Of a stretch of DNA of 64,000 bases, positions 52,523 to 64,000 are shown piece by piece; position 1 is the stretch's first letter, and each line of letters starts with the position of its first letter. Where the stretch lies: positions 1 to 64,000 of the forward strand of contig JAQGDQ010000068.1 in the NCBI GenBank assembly GCA_030141605.1. The letters are read 5' to 3'. Source of the stretch: Tubiluchus corallicola (Eukaryota > Animalia > Priapulida). The notes beneath the pieces were generated by a model that made no database searches, was not told the origin of the DNA, and saw only the letters and a program-made list of their open reading frames with translations. The position numbers were made by a program, and so were the translations under genes.

Positions 52523-54962
52523 CACAGAGACGCTAACAAATTAAACAAATGGAAAGTTGACCCTATACGCCCTGCAGAACTGTTTTACTGCTGATCAAAG
52601 CTGTAGTATTGTGTGAAAATGAGAATTTAAATATCTCGATCAGATAGCTCAACAAGTTCGGTATGTGTATTTTCAAATCCTTACGTGTTTTCTAATTTTT
52701 AACTGAATTAGCGTTGGTGTTTCCTCAACAAATTATTTGATATTAAATGAGCAGTACTTTCAACAAGTAAATTAGTCCTACCTAATTTTAAAATTATGTA
52801 AAATTACGTTTTCTCAGGAGAGTCTGTCCTTCCTAAGTTGCATTTCCAAATCATGAAAAAAGTTAAAACAACCCGAAATATGAAATTTATATTTTGAATT
52901 TTTTATAATTGGCAGACATAAATTTTGGCATTGTAGTACTGAAACTAATCGAATTATAGTTTTGCATTGCTAAGTGCTTCAAGCAGTTTTAAGTACTTTA
53001 ACGAACAATTTACTAAATGACAGGATGAACCAATAACTATTGATTTTATAAAGCCCTGCCTACACAAAAAAGAAAATTTCGAAAAGTCGTCGCCTCCACA
53101 CTGCCATGGCCTATGTCAGCTCCGTCACATGACTTTTTTGCTGTATAACCATCCTGTGTACTTCACAGGCAATTTAAAAGCATCGTGTTTAGAATTTATT
53201 CTACTGCTGTGCTTTAATTATCGTGGTTTCATATTTCAAACACAACTTCTGCTAACATAACTTATTGGCTTGTTAATGCAATTTATTAACAACATTTATT
53301 TAAATGTTTTATTTAATAACCTCTTCGCCCGCTGCTGCGTCTTGCCGATCAGTAATTCTCCTATCTGTATAATTGGACTGCATCCTGGACAATTCGGGTC
53401 GCATTGATTTAATAATCGCGGATCAGGCTAGCTGCGACTTCGCCAAAGAATATCAAAGATTTTATTTAAATTTATCGCTGTCATATCTGTCTGGGGCGCG
53501 TGCAGACATTCTCGTATTTTACTGATCTTACGCAGTAAGTTAAGTTACATGCTGTTTGCGCCTGAAAGACAGGTAGCTATAATAAATTAGCACACGTTTA
53601 GAAGTTTTCTTATGCGAGTTCAGATAAAGACAGAGCCATGCATTCACTTGTGCAAAGGGTAGGGTACTTTGAGCATGCAATAAGGAGAAAAAACTTACTA
53701 AAATTACAACAGTAGACGCCTGTACTGATTTTTCCGTACCGTGGAGGATTTATCTATTACTCATTATTCAAGCTCTTGTTTACTGAGCGTATTCCAGAAA
53801 AGCAAAGTTATGGGCACATATTAAGTAATCAATCCGCTATAAAAAGATCATAGTAAAAAAATAAGCACTACCTGTCCAAGACGTTTGCAGGTCTAACACA
53901 CCACAAGTAGCAGTTATCTAAACTGCTAGCACACCTAATAAAACACAAGTACTTTAAGGCAAAAACGTGTATCAATAGAAACATACAAAATGAGTTAGTG
54001 TCACTTATAACTGCTTCCTGGAAGAAATCGTTAACTTACTTATTGCCGCAGTTTAAATCAGTATTATTCTTAGCAAACACCGAAAGTGACTTTTGGCATG
54101 GGTTCTAAATGTATTAACTGCAGGCTGCAATTCTACCATTTGCTGAATTCACCAGCAGTGGCTATTGTACGTCACTTATTCATTTTTTCTAGGTTTTTGT
54201 TGCTATACGTTTTCTCTCCAAATCACTTGTGGCGTGTTACGTGTAAGCGTTTTAAATAATTACTGCTTGTGGTGTGTTAGACCTGCAAACTCCTTGCACA
54301 ACCGCTGCTTGCTTTTTTTTACTATGGTCTTCTGTAGAGTTAAGAATTCAATGGGAAGTTACGGCGTCCCCGCTATAATTAAATTAAACACCCTACTGTA
54401 TTGCATAATTACTTTTATGTGAGTGATTTAGTGCTGGAACGACAGACAGTATAAATAATTCTTTCCAATCTAAGTCAATAAAGCCATTAATTGCGAAGCA
54501 ACATTTATAGTTGCTAAAAATTTCTGACTGTGTTGTTTTGTTTGATACAATAAATTTTTGTTAGTGCTGCATTATAAATTAAATTTGCAAATGCATGAGT
54601 TATATAGCGTTATAGCATCTAACTTCAAATGATCGCTCACACTTGAATCTGACGACATACATTTTTATCTATATTTATTTTAGGTTTAAATCCGTACATA
54701 AAGTGCTATATAAAACAAATAAGTGACAAAGATTATAAATAAGATTAAAACTGTACTAGAAGAGCAGCCATTAATTTAGACAACAAATGAAAAGGTTAGT
54801 AATGAGTTCTAATATTGGGAGTACAATGACTTATATCGAATATCTGTATCATTTATGCAAGATAAAATCATATTACAGTTATATAAAATTCTGTTTCTTA
54901 GGCTAAAACACATTTACGTAGTAACACCTTAAAGAACGTTATATAATTGTTTGCACAAATTA

Positions 54963-55069
54963 CAGACGCTTGTGTACTCTATTCATAGTTAAAAACTTTA
55001 ACCGAAAGTTTTTAACTATGAATAGCGGACCGAAATTTTTTAACAATGAATAGGGTATGCAGGCGTTTG
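54963..55069. mobile_element. TA-flanked hairpin MITE (Tc1/mariner-type ends)
   Basis: ta|cagacgcttgtgtactctattcat ... atgaatagggtatgcaggcgtttg|ta; internal perfect 21-bp stem at 54979-55025. Confidence 0.7.
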
Positions 55070-56559
55070 TACACTACAGTATTTTTTAAAGGTACGAAGT
55101 ACGTTATTCTTTCATACCTTACTGTACTGCCAGTCTTGCTTTCGGAGTGCAATGTTTCACGAAGCGCGAGATTTTACAGAGTGCCTCGTTTATACAATAG
55201 CCAGAGATTGCTGCAACAATACTAGAACAGTAAGATCTGAACAAAAATGACTTAATATTACGTGAGCAATAATGAAATTTTATGCACAGCATATTTGCTG
55301 TCACATAAACAATCGTAATTAATTAGCAACATTTTTATCATCAGTGTAATCACATGATATTGTATGTCCTTCACTGTTACTACACTCACTTTGTTTGCGA
55401 CCCGTATATATATTTCCTAATACAATATGACGCGTACTGGTTGGGAAAAAGTATATACATTTGGTTTTACTGGCGTTAAAAACAATGTGACTACTCATAG
55501 CCTTTACAACAGTTTATAAGTTTTAGCAATCCCTTTACACTAGGTGCGACAAAACATAGGTCATCTGCGTATGTGATTAATACAGACATTGCCAAATGTA
55601 AAAGTTGCATTAGTAATATCGGAATCGTGAACGGATCGGATGTAGTATTATTGCATTTTACGCAAATAGACTGAGTAGCATACCAGTACTTACATAAATC
55701 TACAACAGGTCTAAGAAAATCTTATGTTACACATTTATCAAAAAGCTTTCTGTGGTTAACCCGGTCGAATGGCTTACTGGCATCTACAAAACAGACAAAG
55801 CAGACAGGTAGTTCGGGCTATTTTTATACGATAATTAGAAATAAGTTCTGTTTAACGTGTAGATACAAACATGAGTACCATGATTCTTCTTAAAACCAAA
55901 CTGATTATCGGACGTATTAAACAAGTTTTCACACTTTATATATACGTTACTTGTTCAAGTAGTTTTTCTAAAAGCTGTAGAAAAGGTAATAGGCCTGTAG
56001 TGATCTGGTCTAGAAATATCTAGATTCTCTTTCTTTATCACCGGAATAAGGGTTGAATTGGATATCGCATGAAGTACATATTAAATCAGGACACCCGTTT
56101 TATGATTCTTGAAACAATGAATATCATTAGAGACATTATTAAGACCAAGAGAGATGTTGCTCTCTTGATCAGCAAATGACTGTAACAGTTTTGCCACAGG
56201 CCATGAGTTTCTTTTTCACCTTTGGCTTCGCTCACTTTCGAATGCAGCGGCATATTACTGTATCGTTATTTATCGTTTTAATTTTTTCCAAAATTCATGA
56301 CTAGAATTAATAGACAAGCTGCGACACTCCTAGTAGTATTTTCGTTATTTTTGTAACCCGTTATTTTGATTAACGTCCATTTGTAAATAATAACCCTTAT
56401 TTGTCATAGTTTTTAGATTCACATTAAAATTTTTTAGCTCAATTAAAACACATTTGGAAGCCACAATGAGGAACTGAGGGTCATATTTGGTTACATAAAA
56501 ATGACTCGGGACACATAAACACTGAAATCGAAAATTTGCTGTCTTTATAAATATAAGCA

Positions 56560-56725
56560 TCTCTCATTCTCTCTCTCTCACTCTCTCTCTCTCTCTCTCC
56601 GTCTTTCTCTTTCTTTCTTTCCCTCTCTCTCCCTATCCGTCGTTCTCTTTTTTTTCTCTCTCTCTCTCTCTCTCTCTCCCTCCCTCCTCTTCCTCTTCCT
56701 CTGCCTTTCTGTTTCTCTTTCTTAC
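56560..56725. repeat. (CT)n-rich polypyrimidine tract
   Basis: Directly visible. Confidence 0.9.
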
Positions 56726-57786
56726 TCATCCGAACAAATAATTAATTGTAACCTTCCCTTCAAACCCTTGGGTCGGCGCGCCGCAGGCCAGCGTGTCGAT
56801 GTGGCTGCACGTCATACTGCATATGAATGCAACGTGGGAATACTGCATGTACGGTAGAAGATGATGGACTGCCAAAGCAATGCAGCAATCGCAGTTCAAA
56901 GACTTTTTCATGCAACAAAGAGTTAATCGTAAGAAAATCTTTTCAATCGTCCTATAAACGTAAAGCAATTAATTAGACATTTTTGAGATCAAAACCAATG
57001 ACAATAGTTGTATTTGTGCTTAGTTTTGTTAAATAATGCTTTTGTAAACAAAGTAATTATATGCTAAGCAGCATTAGAGTAAACTATTTATTGAATTAAT
57101 GGTATATCATGGAGTAATTTTTTTGCAATATTGTATTCATAGTATTACACCAGCTCAGTAATTGGTATCTTAGTAACGCACAGTCTGGTACCTCGTCTTT
57201 TATTTTTATCCACAGTCAGATAAAAATATGTGTTATATGCATGGCCACGTTTATACAGTCGAGTTTCGATTTGGGATTCCGTGTCAATAAGAGAAACATG
57301 TCAATACATTAGACCGTACGAAGATAAAAGCAGTGTGTTGATTACAATCGTATAGAAATACAGTAATAGCCTTTGAACTAGAGCAAGCCGTGAGAATACC
57401 GTTTACTTGAGCCTAATTCGACGCTCAAATAGACACGAGGTGTGCAAATATGGAAGAAAGTGGCGCTCAATTTTTTTCTCTAATTGGTGTTCAAATCGAC
57501 AATCAGACAAGAGAACATAAGGGCGGATTTAACCGGGCTTGTCGTAACTAACACCCGGATACAAACAATTTTTATCCTGGCAACATTTTTTCAATCATTT
57601 GAACTGAGAACAACATCAGTCTCTCAGAGGCTCGCACTCATGCAACAAAATAATTGCTCAACGCAGTTACAAAAAGTTTTTGTGTAACTGAAATATTGCA
57701 TGTTTCCCCACATTTCCACATACTTGTTTTTAAAAAGCAACATCTTACATTACGTACTCTTCCGTGTGCGGATTGAGGATTGTATG

Positions 57787-57955
57787 TCGTTTCGCCAGTT
57801 ATCTTTTCGCCAGTCTACTTTTTCGCCAGTCTACCTTTTCGCCAGTCTACTTTTTCGCCAGTCCACTTTTCGGGACCCTTTGACGTGCCTGAGTTGTGAC
57901 CATAAAAAGTGGACTCGCGAAAAGATAGACTGGCCAAAAGATAACTGGCGAAGTG
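57787..57955. mobile_element. Small foldback MITE built from about 17-bp tandem units (ttttcgccagtctac) in inverted arrays
   Basis: Five direct units at 57790-57870 and three degenerate inverted units at 57905-57951. Confidence 0.7.
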
Positions 57956-58094
57956 GGGGATTAGCACCATACCATCGAGCAGATTGCTGCAGCATTTGTA
58001 GTCCCGCGTACTTAGGAAGTTAAGTGCAGTTAATAACATCTGCCCTTAAGCACAGTGAAACTGAGATAGGGGGAAGACGGGGGGGACAGGAAGC

Positions 58095-58098
<4 letters not shown>

Positions 58099-58157
<59 letters not shown>

Positions 58158-58158
58158 G

Positions 58159-58199
<41 letters not shown>

Positions 58200-58208
58200 G
58201 GAGGGAGA
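58099..58208. repeat. (GA)n microsatellite
   Basis: Directly visible. Confidence 0.95.
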
Positions 58209-60269
58209 TAAATGCAATATGTTATTTCTCTCAAAACAATTCCAAGTAGCCTATTTCATTGATTTTAAGAGAGTGGTAGAGTACAGCGAGGTAACGCCCA
58301 GGAAAAGTGATTTTAGGTGGTTTCATATTTACCACTATTATTTCTTTAGCTACCTGGACGACGGAGAAAACGTGCCCCTCTCGGAGAATGTGATAAGGCA
58401 GTTCTGCAGGTTTAGGTATCGTTTCTACGATCATTCTTAATTGTGTACTAAACTGTAGTCATGCCACAACCATAAACATAATGTGCTAGAGGTCCTATCA
58501 TTGAGTGTATGGTCCTTGGTTGGGTCACAGTACTGAATTATATAGCACAATAACGTATTGGTTAGATTAGTAAGATTGGTAAAGTTTTGTTTGATTATTG
58601 TCTGTGCTTGATTAAAGAAGTTGGACAAAGGTGCACTAGAGCACACGTTTGATGTTATTTTCTGTCTACTTATTTATCGAGTGCTTCAAATTGCACGAAA
58701 TTTCCTGCGTAAGAAAGGTATAGCTTGCGGCAACACTCACTGTTTTATAAAAAGTTAGGAAGAGCTCAGTAATTTCCTGTATAATGATAATTAATGTCTT
58801 CGATTTTGTTTTGCTCTGCATTGCCAATGTCAAAGTGGGAACAACTCCAAAAAGACAAAACGGCAGTCCTTTATGGCAAAGAAATTGATTAAAAATTGTT
58901 GATCAGTGTCCTAAAAATACCATATTCCTTCTTTTTAAACCATTTAATTTCCGCAAACTAAAGTTCTTAAATTGAATTATTTATGAAGAAAGACATTTGA
59001 GTTCTTTAAACTGAAAAACCAAATTACTGAAATAAAAATGGCTTAGTCTTATGATGTTTAGTTTAATTACCAAAACACTCAAACCCACTTATCAAATTGT
59101 TTAGAAAGCTACTTAACCAAGGACAGTAGACATTTTTCATAACTATGCTCCTTTTAGAATATTATTAACAGGAGTTCAACTGGATCTGTTGATCAGTTTT
59201 AAAAGTTTAATAATCTTGGGCATACGCCCATCCGGCCATCAAATTAACTGTCAGTGTGCAATAGTCTAATTTGAAAAAAATGTTTACGATTTCAGGTGAC
59301 TTTCGTATTCGTTAAAGACGAACATAGCTACATCTGTTTAATGAATTATTTGTACATTTTAATCACCGTATCATTTTGTTTCCGAGCGTTTGCAACTGAG
59401 TTCTTGTCAAAAGAAGCCTTGTCATGTAGGTTAGAAATGAACAGAAATGCAAGTGGTGAAAACTGCCTGAAACTAAGTTTCCTAAAGCCTTGCTACTTGT
59501 TGCACTCATACAGCGTTTATAGTGTAGCACCTTATTCTAATCGAAACGTAAAGACAGATCATTTGGATGCTACATAGTGGATACGCCTCTATAGTTTCTC
59601 CCTGCTAGCTATAATAGACTACTGGCAAGATTGTAATCACAAAGAGGAAAGATAACTGAGAAAAACTTCTGCCATTATTTCGCCATTCGCACTACAAGTA
59701 TTAAACTGGCTTTTAATGCAAACGTCTTTGAAGTGCCGTTTAATGTTGTTCGAGGAATCTTCCTTCGTTATTTAATATCTACTTGAGTTGTTGCCATGGT
59801 AACGCATTTTCTGGTATTTTTAAAAGCAATATTACAGTTCCGTATGCGTAACAGGTACTTGCAATGTATGTTTTCAAATTACTGGTATTAAAAAGTAGGT
59901 TATTCAGATTCAAACAGCTGGCAAATTTACACGACTGTTTATAATCTTTTAAGAGTGTAGATACCTACGCATCGATAGTGTACTCTATGTTTAACACAAT
60001 ATGTTCATCACAGTGTTCATAAGAGCACAGACTAAAGTCATGCCGAGGCAAAGTTACAGCTGATTAATTATAACTAAACTAATTGATGAGTTATCCCTTC
60101 CTTCCCTTTCAGAATACTATTTTTTCTCAAAACGCGAAAAGCCCAGGTACTAGGTTACTGCAGACATGTTTGAAAACAGTCAACAAAGTGCGGTCATATA
60201 GTGGACCTAGTAAAAAATTAACTATTCAAAACGTGTATCTGTGAGAATATTTTGTATTTGTTGTTGCTG

Positions 60270-60614
60270 AAAGGGGAAGAAAAGGCAATTTTAAAGTATA
60301 GCCGGAAAACTTTGAGCACAAAATTATATTACTTAGCATTACCTTTATGTGCTTGAAAGATTTATGTAGCTGGAAAAGAAAATCTTGGATAATTTAAGAT
60401 ACGCACACCCTGACAAAACCGCTATCACTGATTCACCAAAAAGCACATTATTGATCTTATTGACAATATAAAGTAATTTAGATAGTTAAGTAATTAAGTA
60501 ATTTCCTAAGAAAGTAACTAAGTAATTTGTCTTAGTTAGTGAAGAGTGTGCTACGAATGTTCTGATAACCTTTTCAAACTTTACGCAATGTTACCTAAAT
60601 TTGTTTCAAACGAC
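60270..60614 (-). mobile_element. Third, inverted partial copy of the TTAA-type element
   Basis: Reverse complement of 48370-48680 (ggggaagaaaag.caat.ttaaa, gtgtgctacgaatg.tctg, tcaaactt.acgcaatgtta); the spurious ORFs MCYECS... at 48436(-) and 60546(+) match each other. Confidence 0.7.
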
Positions 60615-60618
60615 TTAA

Positions 60619-60841
60619 GTGGCGTTTACATATCATCCGGATGCGAATGCGTTTTGGGAGGTGCGGAATACATAAAATCACTTTCTATTGTTTTCAATGC
60701 ACTTATTTATGCAGCCTGCGTATGCGTTATTCTTTTTCCGCAGCGATTCCTTTTGATTTTTTCCGCAGACTGTCCCACATGCTGTTCCGCAAGTGGAAAA
60801 CGCATCCGCATACTCTCACCCGGATGCTACAGAAATGCCAC
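60619..60841. mobile_element. MITE with about 22-bp imperfect TIRs flanked by TTAA
   Basis: ttaa|gtggcgtttacatatcatccgg ... ccggatgctacagaaatgccac|ttaa; internal tgcgga/tccgca repeats. Confidence 0.7.
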
Positions 60842-61010
60842 TTAAAATAGTATGCAATAGTAGTATACTTAACCCTGTACGCAATAAGACAGCATGTTTC
60901 ATAAGTAATTTCAAAGCGAATTTTTAAGCTTTATTTATGAAGAATTGTTTAGTCTGTGTATCAGGGAGCAACAAAGGATTTCTAGGACCTAATGCTACTA
61001 TCACTTAACC

Positions 61011-61092
61011 CAGGGGTGTGCAAACTGCGGCCCGCGGGAATTGAGGGAAAGTTTAATGTGGCCCGGTTAGACAGAAAATTTGAACGCCCCTG
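61011..61092. mobile_element. 82-bp hAT (Charlie-like) MITE
   Basis: caggggtgtgcaaactgcggcccgcggg ... tttgaacgcccctg with a perfect 8-bp TSD acttaacc (61003-61010, 61093-61100). Confidence 0.9.
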
Positions 61093-61829
61093 ACTTAACC
61101 ATTAAGTTGACCTGGTTGGAATTAAATTGTGTTTGTCCTTAGAATCTATAAAACGAAAATCTAACCCCCTTCATATTTTCATTCTGACGTAGTAATAAGG
61201 CAAATAAAAAAGCCAAACATGTTATACATACAATAAATATAAGAATGTAAAGTAAACTTTTGAAATATAAGAAAGTAAAGTAAAGTACCTTATAGGTGCA
61301 CTTAAATCATTCCATATTATCTGTCATTATACCAAGCAGAATAACAATTTCCGTAATAATTATTACTATTTAACGCACACATATATTATGATTTACTTTA
61401 GACATAGCTGTTATTCTTTGTTGAAAATAGAACAATTTTTTTTTCTAACGCATAAAGCACACCATTTAATAAAACGCGCAATACTGTTTGATATTCATTC
61501 ACATAGAAAGCTCGCCTTTCTGGATATAATTACGGTAATAATTGTTAATATTATTATTACAATATTTGTATGTTATCTCCCAAAATATGAGTACAGAGAT
61601 TGCCTGACGTAGTACTGAAAAATTTAACAAACATCATTGAAACCTGTTAATTGGGTCGCGCAAGAACCACTTATACAAGGAAGAGAATATCTATGCGTCA
61701 TGCTTCCGGCAGTTGCCACAGTTTACTGATTACAGTGTTTCATGCAGTATTCTGACTGTAATCAATGCTTTTCGTACCAAGTTTCCCAACTTGAGCCGCG
61801 CAAAAACTGTGACAATAAGAGCCAACTCG

Positions 61830-61989
61830 TTAATTAATTATGACTGTGATTGCCAAAATTTTTTATAAACCATTGCGGCTTATTTTACCACTTATTACTC
61901 ATTGTGAGTATTGAGTAATGGGTAATAATTGGTAAAATAAACAGCCATGGTTTATAAAAATTCTGTCAAACACAGTCATAATTAATTAA
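61830..61989. repeat. 160-bp palindrome (unclassified hairpin element)
   Basis: ttaattaattatgactgtg ... cacagtcataattaattaa, with inner tttataaaccat/atggtttataaa, ttattttacca/tggtaaaataa and attactca/tgagtaat pairs. Confidence 0.85.
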
Positions 61990-62244
61990 TAATATCATTA
62001 GTTGACAACTAATTTGGGAACATAAGAGCCAAATACTCTTGACTTCAAGTCTTCCTTGCGAAAAGAAAAATTATTAATAACACCATTTGTTCGATATATA
62101 AAATCTACGCGTATATAGTCCATACGGTTTATACCCTTTTGTAAGCAGATAATAAATTGTTGATTCTGTGCTGTTAACGGGTGGCTTGTAATGCTTGACG
62201 GAGGGTTTCTTTTTTACTATGTGAATCTGTACTCCTTTTTGTAG

Positions 62245-62354
62245 ATTTGGGAGGACTACCAGTTAAGATGGAACCCGTCGGAATATGCCGGAATACAGCA
62301 GATCCGGATTCCGAGTGAAAAAGTTTGGATACCTGATATTGTGCTCTACAATAA
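62245..62354 (+). CDS. nAChRbeta1: nAChR exon 4, 110 nt, loop A ([36 protein letters not shown]+AA); gene continues beyond the window
   Basis: Acceptor ctcctttttgtag|, donor AA|gtaagt; WxDYxLxW and WxPDIVLYN motifs; the typical 110-nt exon ending in phase 2. Confidence 0.96.
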
Positions 62355-62915
62355 GTAAGTATATTGAAAAAGTCTAAGTATCATAGTCTATATTGCGCTA
62401 AGCTTGTTTGCATTCTTCTTTTCACAAGTTCATTTGAAATACAACGTTTAAAACGCTATACAAAGTGCAATAAACTAAACTAATTACATAGAGAGACTGT
62501 TTGTATTCTTTATAATCTTCTTAGTCAATAATTTGTTTCTTAATTACTTTCAATCTACGAAAAGAATGTGCATTGATTTGAGAGCGTAAACTCTTCTTAG
62601 CTATATTTATTGTTTATTGTATGTTTTTAAATTGTATGACTTTCACTTCATTCTTTTTTAACCAAGAAATTTATTAGTTAGCCTAATTTGTTGAAGTTAA
62701 ATAACTAAATTCAAGCATTACATGTTAATTAAAACAGAAAGCGTCGGTCTTTTTTAAGTTGTGTGCTCTGTAAATACCAAAAGCATCATTTAATTACGCC
62801 TTTCTACAAGGGAAGCTGAGAAACTTCAACTTGCTATTTTTGTTTTTTTTTCTTGCAAACCGTTATAATAAGTGTGCACTTTCACTTTATCAGGATGCTT
62901 AAATCCCTAATTAAA

Positions 62916-62929
62916 TGATGATGATGAAG

Positions 62930-62966
<37 letters not shown>

Positions 62967-63102
62967 CGATGATGATGATGACAATATAGATGGTGATTAT
63001 GCTGATGATGATGTTGACGACGACGACGAAAACAACGATGACGATATCATGACGCTAATGGTGATGCTAATGATAATGATGACGATAGTGATGTTAATGA
63101 TA
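62916..63102. repeat. (GAT/GAC)n trinucleotide array
   Basis: Directly visible. Confidence 0.9.
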
Positions 63103-64000
63103 CTTAAATTACGAAGTGTATGTAACTTAATTGTTAAATAGGGCATTTATTATAATTAGATTATGGAAAAGGCTATAGAAAAGTATAATGAGTGTACGTA
63201 TATTATGAAACTTAACTGTAATGGTTTTGACGCTGGTAAGTGCGCAAAACGCATGCTGAGGGTGCATGTTAGTAATCGTGCTCATTGTAAAGATGTTTCC
63301 GTTTTAAGGCACGTAAGTCCACGTGACTTTGATCACCACTGAAAATTATTAACGTAACTTGCCTAGACGGACGGCAATTTTAATAAGCTTATTCACTTTG
63401 GCAGTCAGGAAACTTATCGATTCCTCTTCTTAGGAATGGAAAATATCGAAGCTAATTACTGTCAAGCGATAATCAGACATCTGCTTTGCAGAATATTATG
63501 TATAGGCAAATTGAGATACACTTTTCCAAGCATGCAGACATTTCATAAGAAGAATTTCCAAAAGCTTCTGGACTATTCATCAACCAGAAGAACTGAAGCA
63601 TGCATAATGTGAAAAGGGTATGGAAAAATGCTAACAAAGTGCGCATCCATGTTTTGATCAATGAAAGAACATCTCTTGGGAACTAGAAATCTTGACGACA
63701 GCGTCTATAGATCCCTATTTCCTGTCCAGGATTTAACCAAACTCCGCAGGGTGAAATTTAAAAGCCAGAGCAAGCGATTGCCATAAATTACGAGGAACAA
63801 TACCGTTTTGTGTTGGTTGGCGAGAGGAATAGTTTTCGTCTTTTACAAGGATGTTGACGTTGATAAGAAATTTGAAAGACAAAAGTTCCTTTGCATGTTA
63901 TTAACTTTTAAAAGTAACAGTATAAGTGTTATGTGTAAAATATGCGCATAAATTGCATGCACTCATCTATTTCAGTCTTAAAAGTAGACCTTGTAGTTAT

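Noticed and set aside
53010-53075. gacag|GATGAA..., resembling the start of a duplicate exon 3
   Set aside because: Translation (DEPITIDFIKPCLHK) is unrelated; no donor at +45 and a poor polypyrimidine tract
57787-57955. CRISPR-like look of the ttttcgccagtctac repeats
   Set aside because: Units abut with no unique spacers, recur inverted, and lie in a eukaryotic intron with no cas genes
58360-58404. DGENVPLSENVIRQF in intron 3 matches exon 3 (DEKNQILKTNVWLRF) at 6 of 15 positions; possible mutually exclusive exon 3'
   Set aside because: No AG before or GT after the 45-nt block, the invariant Trp is absent, and a match of this level is plausible by chance in a 10.7-kb intron

Overview
AT-rich, microsatellite-dense animal (invertebrate) genomic DNA, not prokaryotic; almost all listed six-frame ORFs are simple-repeat or chance artefacts. 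The one host gene I can support is the 5' part of a + strand nicotinic acetylcholine receptor subunit of the insect beta1 / nematode UNC-29/LEV-1-like group. It has four coding exons (43113-43200 signal peptide, 49535-49671, 51461-51505, 62245-62354) with canonical GT-AG sites and matching phases, and it continues past the window end. The remainder is a record of decayed transposons: a 2.75-kb Academ element with long TIRs and a 3-bp TSD, a Harbinger element with a nested hAT MITE, a foldback element with telomere-like repeats, a TTAA-flanked (Kolobok-like) family in three copies, Tc1/mariner and LINE remnants, a tRNA-headed SINE, Penelope-like hammerhead remnants and several hairpin MITEs. 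I found no convincing new biological system. The best leads are the loop D Arg and loop A Tyr of the receptor, its ATG-dense leader, the intronic hairpins and the Academ and foldback elements. All calls come from manual reading, without database searches.
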